A DNA stretch of 64,000 nt from Chrysomallon squamiferum (lineage: Eukaryota > Animalia > Mollusca). The notes below the pieces were generated by a model that saw nothing but the letters and a program-made list of their open reading frames with translations, was not told the origin of the DNA and made no database searches. Shown piece by piece: positions 1 to 12,448 of this stretch. The stretch lies in NCBI GenBank assembly GCA_012295275.1, contig CM022665.1, positions 6,944,001 through 7,008,000 on the forward strand, in the 5' to 3' direction. Position 1 is the stretch's first letter; every line of letters begins with the position of its first letter. A program made the position numbers and the translations under genes.

Positions 1-3000
1 ACGTGTCCTTCTGAACATGTAATTAACATATGTTCTGTCGAACAGAGAAAACGAGAACGTCAGAAGCAGGCCGGAACAAGAGGTAACACTGTGGATTATT
101 TTGGAGAGTAGGGAAGTAAATTAACTTATTTCTTTTAATCACTGTTTTGTTCATCTTAATAACTTAAAAATTATTTTGACAAAAATATAAATTGAACAAC
201 TGGTTGTTTTTACTGACACTTATATTTTTGTCATAAAGAACTATCATTTTTAAAGCAGGGAATACCATTTAATATCAGATAATTTTAGTACTTACAAAAG
301 CAAAAATTCCTCGTTTCAATGATATAATTAACTTAATGTTACCAACTTAAGAGGAATGGTTGATACATTTTAGGCTGTTCTCCGTGTGTGGTGAACGGGA
401 CATCATACAAAGGTCACTCTCGATTCGAGTATACTTCTGGCTGTTACAAAAGGAGATGCATCTGTCATTGTGATGGGTCACACACGTGTCCCTCGCACCA
501 TACAATCAATATATGCAAAGAACCAGGTCGAGCTGGGAGTCAGGAAGCCAGATCAGCATGTAAGACTTGCAGTGCTAAAGGTAAAATAGTGGAAGGCAAT
601 TCCTATTTTGATCTCAGAGACGGATGCACCGAGTATAAAAATTGTATTTGTCGATGTAACGGCAGCTGGAGCTGTTCACCAGACAGAGTTGTAAATGTTT
701 GTGTATCGTCTCAGAATGAATCTGTTTGTAAAGAGTGTGAAGTGTATGGAAGTTTCTACCCTGGAAACAGCAAGTTTAAGTATGAGGAAGGGTGCTATGA
801 ATACAACTGTGACTGTAATTGTGATGGTTCATGGGTCTGTCCTCCAAACCGTACTAAAGATATCTGCCACACAGGATGTGGAGAATGTGAGGTGCGGGGA
901 GAGTTCTTTGAAGGTAATGCTTATTTTAAGCAGGAAAGAGGCTGCATTGAATATACATGTTTTTGTCGCTGTAATGGCTCCTGGACTTGTCCAAGTGATC
1001 AGGCTCGAAATATTTGTAGATCTGATAACCAGCCAAGCTGTAATCAGTGTCATGTTTCAGCTCATGAGACGTATCCTGGAAATTCAACTTTTGAGCTCAG
1101 AAAAGGCTGCATTCACTATGAATGTACGTGCAACTGTGATGGAAGCTGGGATTGTCCTGCACAGCTGGCTAAGAATGTTTGTAGAGCAGAACTGCCTAGC
1201 AGATGTGTGAACTGTCAGGTTGCAGATAATGAATTTTATCCAGGAGATTCAGACTTTGAAATGAGAAAAGGCTGTTTTCACTATCAGTGCAGATGTAATT
1301 GTGATGGTAGCTGGAGCTGCCCAGCTGAAAAGGCCAGAGATGTTTGTAAAGGTGAAGAACCAGGAGGCTGTAAAATATGCAGATTATCTGAAACTGAATA
1401 TTATCGAGGCGAAACCGATTTCGAAATGCGAAGAGGATGCATACATTATCGATGTCACTGCAATTGTGATGGAAGCTGGAACTGTCCTGGTGAGGATGCT
1501 CGAAACGTATGTCTAGGAGAAGTGCCTGGTGGCTGTAGAAGCTGCAAAGTGGACAATGATACTATTTATCCTGGTAATTCACGATTCCAATTAACAAGGG
1601 ACTGCTACAGATACGACTGTGTCTGCCGATGCAATGGTTCTTGGAGTTGTCCTGGCCACACTGGAGTTTACGTTTGTGACTCTGCGTCAAATTTTACAAA
1701 ACAGATTACTTGCACCGACTGCATTCTGGAAGGAAAATCTTACAAAGGTGGTAAGAAATTTGAACTGAATCGTGGATGCTACAATTATCAATGTAAATGT
1801 TCATGTGACGGTAGATGGACCTGTGATACAAATAATGCGAAAAACATCTGCAGCCAACCAAGTACCCCTCCTGAACAATGTAAAAGCTGTGTAGTGAATG
1901 GCAGAGAATATCCTGGAGGCTCAGACTTTCGTATACGGAGAGGTTGTATATCATACCTTTGTAGATGTGCGTGTGATGGTCGCTGGGAGTGCCCAAGCGA
2001 CAGGTCCTCCAATTTCTGTCCAGGATCACGAGAGCCTTCTCAGTCATGCAAACCGTGTACAGTAGATCAAAAGAATTATACAGTGGGTGAGTATTTTGAC
2101 ATGAAACGTGGCTGTGTTAGATACAGATGTCGGTGCAGATGTGACGGATCATATGGATGCCATGTTACTGAAGATACTGCCTGTGGGGCAGGAGAATTGC
2201 CAGCAAAATGTGGAAACTGTGTTATTGATGGATATGTGTATCCAGGAAACATGGGATTTCTAACGCGAAATGGCTGCATCCAGAAAGCCTGTCACTGTAA
2301 CTGTGATGGAACCTATGAGTGTCCACGTGATGCAATTCAGAACATATGTACTGGTGAGGGAGCACAGTCTCTGAGACAGTCTAGATCTCAAGTACAGACT
2401 CACCGGTGGAACACTGGTTCTAGCCCCTATAACACATTTGCTGCATCTAGCTCATATGGGGCGCATTTAATACCAGGAGCAGTACCTTTCTACAGAAATT
2501 CAGGTACTTACGTGTATACAGCTAGCGGAGGAAAAGTTGTTTCACATGGCCAGTATGTACCTCCAGTTGGGCCTGACGGTACTCAGCGTATTGTTGCTAA
2601 CGCAGGAAGCCAGTATTATGTTCCACAGCACGTTCCTGTACTTAACTGGCCAGGAGGAGGACAGTATTACTATCAAGGGGGCAGGCAGTTTGTACCAAGA
2701 CGTTCAGGAGAATTTTACACACAGATTGTACACAGCCAGTCTCGTTCTGTCAATAACAGAAAACCATTTCCACCTCTTCCCCGCAGTTCACAGACTTCTG
2801 TAGGTTCTGCAGAATATTCCGCCAACAGAGGATGTCGAAACTGTACCATCGAGGGAGTGACATATCAAAGTAATTCTGATTTTAAAGTTACAAAAAAATG
2901 TATTCAGTATCAATGTCACTGTGACTGTGATGGAAGCTGGACTTGTTCTGGTGAGTATTCGTGGAGCTGCACTCCTAGAAATGGTCCACTGTCAGGAGAC

Positions 3001-4352
3001 TGTCGTAGCTGTGTTGTAAAAGATGTTGAGTATCCACCCAATCACAAATTTACCTTACAACAGGGCTGTTCCGAGTATGAATGTCAGTGTAACTGTGATG
3101 GCAAATGGTTCTGTCCAGCACAGAAACCTAAAGACATTTGTGGCCTAAACACACCACAGAATGAGCAACCATCAACATGTCATAAGTGTGTGATTAGAGA
3201 CACTGAGTATCCATCAGATTCTGAGTTTTTCCTAAACGAAGGATGTAAGCAATATACTTGCACATGTTTATGTGACGGCAGTTGGGTTTGTCCAGATTCC
3301 AAAACAGTGGATATCTGTAACAAGAAACACAAGTCAGTTAAAAAGGCCTTACAGTCGAAAGAGAGCGAACCAAAATGTAAACCTTGTATGGTAAATGGAA
3401 AATCTTACATGGCAAACAAGGCGTTTCAATTCAGAGAAGGTTGCTCCCAATATAAATGCCAATGTTTTTGCAATGGAACATGGGAATGTCCTGCCAACGA
3501 CACTGTTAATATTTGTCGTTCTCCTGACTACAGAATAGACGGATGTAAAAGCTGTACTGTTAACAATGAAACATATCCTGGAGGAACAGCGTTTAGATAC
3601 AGAGAAGGATGCTGGGAGTTCAACTGTTTCTGTGCGTGCAATGGTGCTTGGGACTGCCCGCCCGGTAGATCAACAGATTTGTGCAAAACGAAAGGAGGCG
3701 TCTCGTCTAGATGCAGACCTTGTATCATCAATGGTAAAATGATAAAGTCAAAGAGCATGTTCAACATGCGACACGGATGTACCGAGTTTCTGTGTGACTG
3801 CAAGTGTGATGGCAGCTACGAATGTCCACCAGACAGATCGCTAAATGTGTGCGAGGAGGGACGACTGTCAATCAAAGCTAAAGAGAAATCTCATTTTAAA
3901 GGTAATATTTTCATCTCATTTATTTGATTAATACCAGTAATTATAAATTTTCTAAGATTCACACACACACATAAAATAAAAAAATAAAAAGCAATAAATA
4001 AATAAAACAACTGAAAGAAAAACATTTATTATTTTACTCTTTATTACAAAATTAGATTGGTACTTCTCTCACAATGACAATACAATTCTGTTAACAACTT
4101 GAAAAGAACAGCACATATCCTAATATAAATTTGAATAAAAATTAATTACAGTCGGTTCGTAAAGAAATTTTATTTATACGCGTAATGCTTCGACAAGTGT
4201 TTCCGTTTACATTTTCAGGCTGTAAGGTTGGTAATCGTCAGTTTTTCACTCGTCTGTTTATGTACACAGAAGACTGCATTCAGTACATGTGCATCTGCTA
4301 TGAAAATGGAGCGTGGAAATGTCCTCCCCACAAGAGCAAGAAAGTGTGTTAA
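1..4352 (+). CDS. Large cysteine-rich tandem-repeat protein with FN1/VWC-like 8-Cys modules, probably secreted or extracellular; 5' end lies outside the window
   Basis: Exons are <1..82 (TCPSEHVINIC..., donor GTAAC), 374..3901 (TAG acceptor, 3528 nt, 18 modules) and 4219..4352 (CAG acceptor, terminal 6-Cys module, TAA). Both introns are phase 1 and the frame is continuous. Module consensus is CxxCx[VI]xGxxYxGxxxFxxxxGCxxYxCxCxCDGxWxCPx5-6[ND][IV]C. The ORF-track start (388, GTG) and end (3927) are artefacts of reading across splice sites. Confidence 0.9.
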
Positions 4353-5000
4353 ATTTGTTACAGAAACAGTGTAGCTCCATATTGCGAGCACTCATGTTTC
4401 AAAACATATTTCTCATTTATAAACTCAAAAATAACAGCACAAATAGCAATATTTTACTAACAGTGTGAAGAATTTAAACATAAATATTTTGTGTGTTGCC
4501 ACGTTACATGTATTTTGCTTTGATTTTATAGTATAATGATGATGATAACATACGTACTATTCTTTTTCTTCTTTTTTTCTAAATGTATTTTCTGTTTTCT
4601 TCATTTGTATTTGTTTCTAGTATTTTTCGGGATTATGCTAATAGGGAAATCATTAGTATTGGTCTTATAAACATTTTGTTTTAAAAAAAATTTAAATTAA
4701 ATTTTTAAATAAACTTTGACAAAATATATTTATACACGGTATAGCAATGTCTGCTTAGAAAAGCAATTTTAAATATAAAAGTTACGTACTGGACGTTGTT
4801 TAAAATACATTATTTTACATTTTCATCATAGAATGTTATTATATTTTATCAGATTTTCTGGCTGATATAATCATTTGCCTTTTTCTTTTTTGGATATTTA
4901 CTATGGGAATGTTAAATTTTTGTGGTTATTGAATTAACTGGATTGTGTAAACTGACGAGAAACAACGTTTTACATAACACATTCGAAAACACGATATTTT

Positions 5001-7366
5001 TTAGAGTTCTTGTTTTCGTTGATTGTCAAGAGAATCTGAAACTTGTATAACAATTTTTCCTATGTTTTCATTGGACTCCATCATTCGGTGGGCGTCAGCA
5101 AGATTATCCAATGGTAAAACAGTATGAATTAAAGCCTTTAGTCGTCCGGTTTCGAAATGCGGAAGAATTTGTTGAGTGAAATTTTTCACTAAATCCGTCT
5201 TGTACTGCAAATAATGTTTAGGCAACACATATATTGAACAACCAGTCATTTAAAATGTTTTGAAAGTAGTTTATTTTTTATTATAATTCATTATTTATCT
5301 TAATGAATACACATTATAGTATTTGCACTTATAATTATTCATTAAATACTTTATTGTTGTTCTGTAATTCATTAAAGCATATTAAAATATAAATAAATGA
5401 TATAGTGACGAACTTTGTATGTCTTCATTGTTATAACAGAATTATGAACTAATATTGCTATTTTTTTTTTTTTTATGTTTATTATCGCAGTGATCCAACT
5501 CACCTCCAATGTACGAGATCGGAGTGTAGTGCCAATAATATTAACTCTTTTTGATAACATTTGTCTCAAGATGTCACCACTTACAGATCCACCGCCTGGA
5601 AGTGCATATAGAAATCTTATATTTATACTCGCCTTTCATATATTTTATTATACAGTTTATAATCCGGTACCGTGACTATAACTGTCTGTAATTTCTACTC
5701 AGTATAAAGATCAAAAAGATACGATTGCATTATGTAAACTGTGGTGAAATACAGCTTTAAATACGATATGAAGAAGAAAATCAGGGTAAGAGCATATTGC
5801 ACGTGAAGGGTTTTGAAATCACACTGAGTTACATCAGATTTGTTTATCAAAATTCTTGAAAGGTTTTAACAAAACAACATTGAAATATTATACTAAATGA
5901 AAACATATAGAATTATGTTGAGTAATGGTTAAATGTTATGGAAAACATGTATTTGAGAAAAAAAAAATTTAGATGTATTGGGCTCCTGAATTATTTCTCT
6001 TAAATCAGACCTTCTTCGTTAATTGTCTCCTACTTAATTAATCATAATACATTGTGGAAAGCAACGAGTAACATTGAACTACTCTTTTCATTTATATCCC
6101 AAAACCCACATTTCATGTCAGCTAAATATCCTTCAAACATAATTATCTAATTAAGATAATGCTGTAGTATCTGACCTAATAATCCATACAGTACCCATCT
6201 TCCATCCAAAGCTATGCAGTTCATGTTCTGCTGGAAAAAAGAGCCGCCAACACAGTCCAGGATTAACTCAACACCTTTTCCTGAAGCAAGACAAGAAAAT
6301 ATTTAAAGTGTTAACACCACTGTAATATCAGGTTTATTCCCGAATCTGGCAGTGAGATTATAACACATCTTAACTGGACTCGCCAGTTGTTCTATTTCTG
6401 GCAGTTTATTGCTCTCCTTTACTAATTGGTGTTCCGTCACCTTAATTGATGTACTTTTGTTAAACAGTATGTTGACCACAATTTGAAAGCACATTCAGTC
6501 ACAGTTTACACAAGAAACGTCTCAGAAAGCACTCCACCACAAGCTGACAAGTAGGAAACCGTGTCCCGGGTACACGTGACGTACTGCAATCCCAGCTGGA
6601 AGAGCTCGTGCTTGTCTTATGGTAGTAATTCCTGTCTCCAAATTTTACTGAGATATAACATTAATTTCATATCTCCAAACATTAAATTATTCTTGCAATC
6701 TCTATTCCGGCTTACCTCTGCTCTTCACTGCTCATTAAAGTTAATCTCGTTAATCGCCCCCTCTGTTCTTCATGCCTCTAAATTGATCTTAATTGCTCAT
6801 GCCAGTTTTCCCATTTCTGGAAGCGGATTACAACACCTCACCGCTTACCTAATCTGGAGACTGCCAGTTTTGGGAACATACCGTAATAACATATAGTTTG
6901 GCAATTCAGTCCAGTATGCAAACATACTCATTAATAATATATTTATTTACTTTAAAAAAAGAAAAGAAAAAGAAGACTGCAGGAAATAAAACGCCAACAC
7001 ACACACATCAATAAACAACACGAATAAAAAAAAAATGTCATCTTCTCATTATTTTCATTTCTTTTGATGTTAAAAGAAATTTCAGTTTATGACATCAACG
7101 TTATTTATTTGTCATGTATTCGTTCGTCTTCTCTTCAGTGGATGTGAAACTGAAAACTAAGTAGTATCAAATTTTGTATTGTTACGAATAATTTAAAATA
7201 ATTTTTTTTTGTCCGTATAACATTCCATGAAACGCTTTGGAAAATAGAAAAACGTCAACAACTAAAAAACAAAGAAAATCAGTTTATTTGTTAACGATGG
7301 CGACGGGTTTTGTTACTTTTCTTTTTTCTAATTATAACAAAACAAATGTAGGTATAGAAAAAATAA

Positions 7367-7399
<33 letters not shown>

Positions 7400-7477
7400 C
7401 ATAATCATAATAATAATATTAGTATTTACAGAGTAATACAGAGAGACGAGAGAGTCAGAAAGAGATAGAGATAATTG

Positions 7478-7513
<36 letters not shown>

Positions 7514-9183
7514 AGATATAGAATTGTTTTATTTGACTGGACTTGGACTTTGACGATACAAAATGTATACACCACTTACAAGCGAAGTAATTATTATTAG
7601 CAGAGTTGGTAAGATTTTATAATAGTTAAATATACAATGATTTAATTATTTCCATAGATATAATAAAGGTAAAAGTTATGCTAAATAAACAAATAAAGTA
7701 AATAAGTAATTATAGATAGATAAATAAATAAATAAATATTTGCATCATTTGTTAAAATTTCATAACTAAAATTATTAGTTAACAGTTTTCAAAACAAGTT
7801 TTCTCCATCATTTTACAGTGACCTCGATGGTGAGTAAAGAAAATAATTATTAGCTTTATCAGAGTAACAGTTCAATAAAATGGATATGCAATGCAACACA
7901 AATCAATTTTCTTTATGTTCAAGTATAAAGCAATAAAATACATAACTAAATAACTAAGTGTCTCTAACACAAAAAAAGTATATAGTTAAATAATAAAAAA
8001 ATTTTAAATATTACCCTGAGTTGTGTTTAACACACTGTCAGTAAATGCTTGATTTTTGTAGTTAAAGCCTGCTATTGCTCCAAGAGATCTGGCGACTTGT
8101 AGTTTCCTTTCACTGCCAGCTGTAACTATAGGTTGTGCTTTTGCTAAGGTGGTCAGCTGAATGGCAGCAGTTCCCACACCGCTTCCACCACCGTGTATCA
8201 GAACGTACTCTCCTTCGTTCACCTTTCCTAAAAAAATAACATATCAGATTAATTGTGATCATCCTAAATACTAAACCAGTATCAAGTAAAAAACAGAAAT
8301 CACAAATTTTTATATATAGGTAATAACAAATGAAAACGTGTATTTCGTCTGTTGAACAGAAGTCATTAATAGTGTATAAAGGGAAAATAAAAAAATTAAA
8401 TTAATGAATAATGATACTACTCTTCGGCTACTACTACTACTGCTGCTACTACTACTACTACTACTACTAATTATAATAATAATAATAATAAATAAATCAA
8501 TAAACAAAAAGACAAATGAAGTAAGTACCGATCGTATACAATAGTTGATAGGCAGTCAGCCATACTTCAGGTATTGCGGCAGCTGTTACAAAATCCATGT
8601 TGTCTGGGATCGGCATCAATAGTTGAGCCGGACTTGTCACATATTCAGCATTACCTCCTCCTAGTAATGGTATTTTGTTATAATTATCATTCAGGAGCAC
8701 AAGCAGTATATGATTTTTACACTAGCTCTTAATCTGACTTTATAAAGATTAAAAGAGAAATGACCAACAGAAAGTAAACTTGAAAAGTTTCACGTTTTTG
8801 TTTCCTAATTTTAAGTTACAAAGAAAAAAAAAAAAAAAATAAAAAAAAAATAAAAACCTAATGACTTTTTAAAATGAATTGATTGTCTTTTACTGGTGTC
8901 ATGAAATGCGATTTTGATCTCGCTGGTTTCAGTCATGATCTTTGAAACAAGACGAATGGAATCCAACATTTGAACTGCGAGTTTGCATCGAGTGCTGTCC
9001 GTTTTCAGAAATAATATATCTGTTCAAATTATACTTCAGTTTTTAATCTAACTAATTTATTTGTTTAGATGCCACTTTTCCATTATTCCGGAACAAATAT
9101 GTTAATCAAATTTTAACAATGTTAATAAATTCAGGACAGTGTACTTCCGCTGTCCAGAAATATGTGCATATCAGCGTATAAGT

Positions 9184-9215
<32 letters not shown>

Positions 9216-10638
9216 CTTTCGGTGACAACTAAAATAAAAAGTTCAGTGTAGACTGTATTAATTTGGAGTTTACCTACGTAACATAGTCGCAGCCTTAAAC
9301 AACACAGGTGATGTGATGTATTTTTAATTTCGTTCTAATGTGAAATATTTATATCAGTAATCTTTTTCAAATTTATACATTCAAGATCATAAAAGAAGAT
9401 AATTATGGTTATGTCAGTTTGACAGATTTGGCGGAGACTGAAAAAAAAAAAAGCCCTTGACGTCTAATACAGAGAAGTTTCCATACTGAAATTTTGATTT
9501 GACTTTAGAAGTTTAAATAGCATTTCAGTTTTTTGGATATATATATATATATATAATAAAAATACTATAATTAGAAGAGCATTTTATCTCCGAAATTATA
9601 GAACTGTCTAAACTTACCTGATAAAAGAGTCATAACTCTGTCTCCTATTTTCCACTTTCCTTCTGTCACACTCTCTAATTTTTCAATAACGCCGACTGCT
9701 TCCAGTCCAAGAATATCGCTGGCTCCTGGAGGAGGTGGGTATTTACCTTTGCGCTTGACGAAGAATTAAGAACACAGATTACGTCAGCAATATGAAACAA
9801 ATGCAGCATATCACAGGTTATCAGAATTACAATATTTACAACAGTCATACCACCGATTTTGTTTTAAAAATTGATATATATATACAGTGGTACCTTGACT
9901 TACGAGTTTAATTCGTTCCGTGACCGAACTCGTATATCAAATCAATTTTCCCAACTGAAATTAATTGAAATAACATCAATCCGTTCCAACCCCTCCAAAA
10001 AACACCCCATTTTGTTTTTATAACGTATTTTTAAATAAGAAAAATGTATTTATAAATAATAAATATTGTATAAAAACAAAATAAAAGCGAATGTAAAGAA
10101 ATAAATAGTTTTTGTAAAGTGTATTTATCTTGTAGATCAGACAAATTATTTTAACGCCTTTGGCTGGAGTTACAGCCTTTATCGACTCCTTCAGCTTTAG
10201 CATGGTACATATCATAGAAGTACTACGCTCGTACTGCCTAGCCAAGCCGACTACGTGCACACCTCGCTCATATTTTTCTATGAATTCAAGCTTTAATTCA
10301 ATGGACATCATCCACTTCTCCTTCTGAGCACTGTCCTTTGCACTCACTTTCTTAGGATACATGGTCAGAAAAAAGAAATTTGGCAAAATACTGCACACAA
10401 TGCGAGCACAACACAACAGAGATGCTTCCGCGCGAGGTAACCATGTGAAGTAAACGAGTGAGAGGCGGGATGCTGGCCGGATGTTATGTTGTTCGTTGCG
10501 TCAACTAGCGGCGGCGTGTCTGAAGCTCGCTCGTAATTTGGATTTTGGCTCCCAACTCAAAGCAAAACCTCGATCGGGCGACTGCTCGTAACTCGAAAAT
10601 CTCGTAAGTTGGGTCACTCGTAAGTCGAGGAACCACTG

Positions 10639-10669
<31 letters not shown>

Positions 10670-11393
10670 GTTCAGTTATTGATATCAAACTATTCGTAAT
10701 GTTTAGCTCATAAATAATTGAAATAAATGATTCGTAATATCGATCTGTCTATCTATTACATAAAATTAATAGACACATCATAGTCACTAGCTATATTCTT
10801 AGCATATAAACCTGTAATGTGTCTGCTCTGTTGACAGCAGTGGCATAGACTTTTATAAGAACTTCATTCTGTTTTGGGGTGGGTATTGGCACCTCTCCAA
10901 TGAAGAGATTTTCTGGACCTCCTGATTTAAACTGTGCAGCCCTCATCATACCCTGGAAAATTAATGTAAAAAAAAAAAAAAAAAAAAGACAGTCTTAACA
11001 TGCTTTATTAAATAAATATATTATTAAATGAAGAGAAAAAGTTTTATATAAATGTATAAATCCGAACTAAAAAAAAAAAAAAAAAAAAAAAAAAAAGAAG
11101 AATTTCCATTATATTAGGAACTGTGATTTTAAATCACTAAATTTATTCTTATTTTTATTACTGTTCATGGCACGTAATATAATATGACTCAAATTCTCAA
11201 GAATAACAGTGTTCTCGAAAAATGTGTAGACCCGGATACTGAGTTGAGTTGTATATCCTAAAACAATCTTCAAATCATCGAAAACACTTTTGACAACCAT
11301 TAAAAAATCGTCTCTGTGTTTGTTCCTTTACCACTTCATAACAGTCGTCTAAATTTAAAAAACATTTTTGATTTTAAATTTATGAATTAATTT

Positions 11394-11469
<76 letters not shown>

Positions 11470-12245
11470 GCTGTTTTTGTTTTTTGTTGTTTAATTAATT
11501 TTTACATACCTGCACACATTCGTCTAATTAGAAACTATTTATTATTATTTTCAAATATAGTAAGGTAGAAAAGAATACTAAAAATATAAAGAAATATATA
11601 AATAAATGAATATATATATAAAACCAGTAACAGATCTTCCAAAGTATGTTACTATGATCGCTTTCTAAAACTTTTTCTTCCAGTTATTAAGACTGGTCAC
11701 ATCCATATACTATATATTAAGTTTTATTTTATTAGTTTTTTTTCCCCAGAGACGGGATTTTTATTCGCTTCGCATCATCATCATTTTAATATATTTCCGA
11801 TTTTAATTTATTCAGATTTAAATAATCATATATATATATATAGAATCTCGATTTTAAAAATAGATCAACAATAATAAAAATAATAAAATAATTTTCAAAA
11901 GTTTAATAAAATATATATTTAAAAATCGAAAAAAGTACAAACCCAACGTCCTCAAAATAGAATACAAAATTTACACAAAAAAACCTCCTATAAAACCTGA
12001 TTATACGTACTTTAGACAGAAAGTTAAAATAAAACTCGATACGGGAAGATACCGTGATGAGAGGTGATATACATAGGTTCATTTTCACCTTTTCACTTGC
12101 AAATAAAATAAACTTTTAATAAGTCATCCGGTTAATTTACTTCATTTCTTGTTAATCCCGAGAATATGATATTCTGTGTATAATCATAGCCGGAACTACG
12201 ATTGCTATTATTATATACACTTTCTCTTAAAACAATTTCAGAGAG

Positions 12246-12330
<85 letters not shown>

Positions 12331-12399
12331 ACTGATTTAGAAGTAAAGTGTAATAAAAATTTCCTTATCCCCTCTCCTCCCGCCCATGTATATTTATGA

Positions 12400-12448
<49 letters not shown>

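Noticed and set aside
695-3803. Alternative-frame and antisense ORFs overlapping the Cys-rich exon
   Set aside because: These are shadows of a long coding exon, with no motifs or independent splice structure.
388-3927. ORF-track 1179-aa protein as a complete single-exon gene
   Set aside because: It starts at a GTG just after an acceptor and runs past a donor at 3902. The flanking exons continue the repeat in frame.
6303-6494. 63-aa ORF as an alternative PIG3 exon
   Set aside because: There is no suitable acceptor and no similarity to MDR enzymes. The PIG3 frame is complete without it.
11396-11469. (AAT)n(ATT)n as a functional hairpin
   Set aside because: Such microsatellites are abundant throughout the window, so complementarity is expected from simple-repeat dynamics.
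12132-12399. SLSLSL and ERERER ORFs
   Set aside because: Translations of the (AG)n microsatellite.
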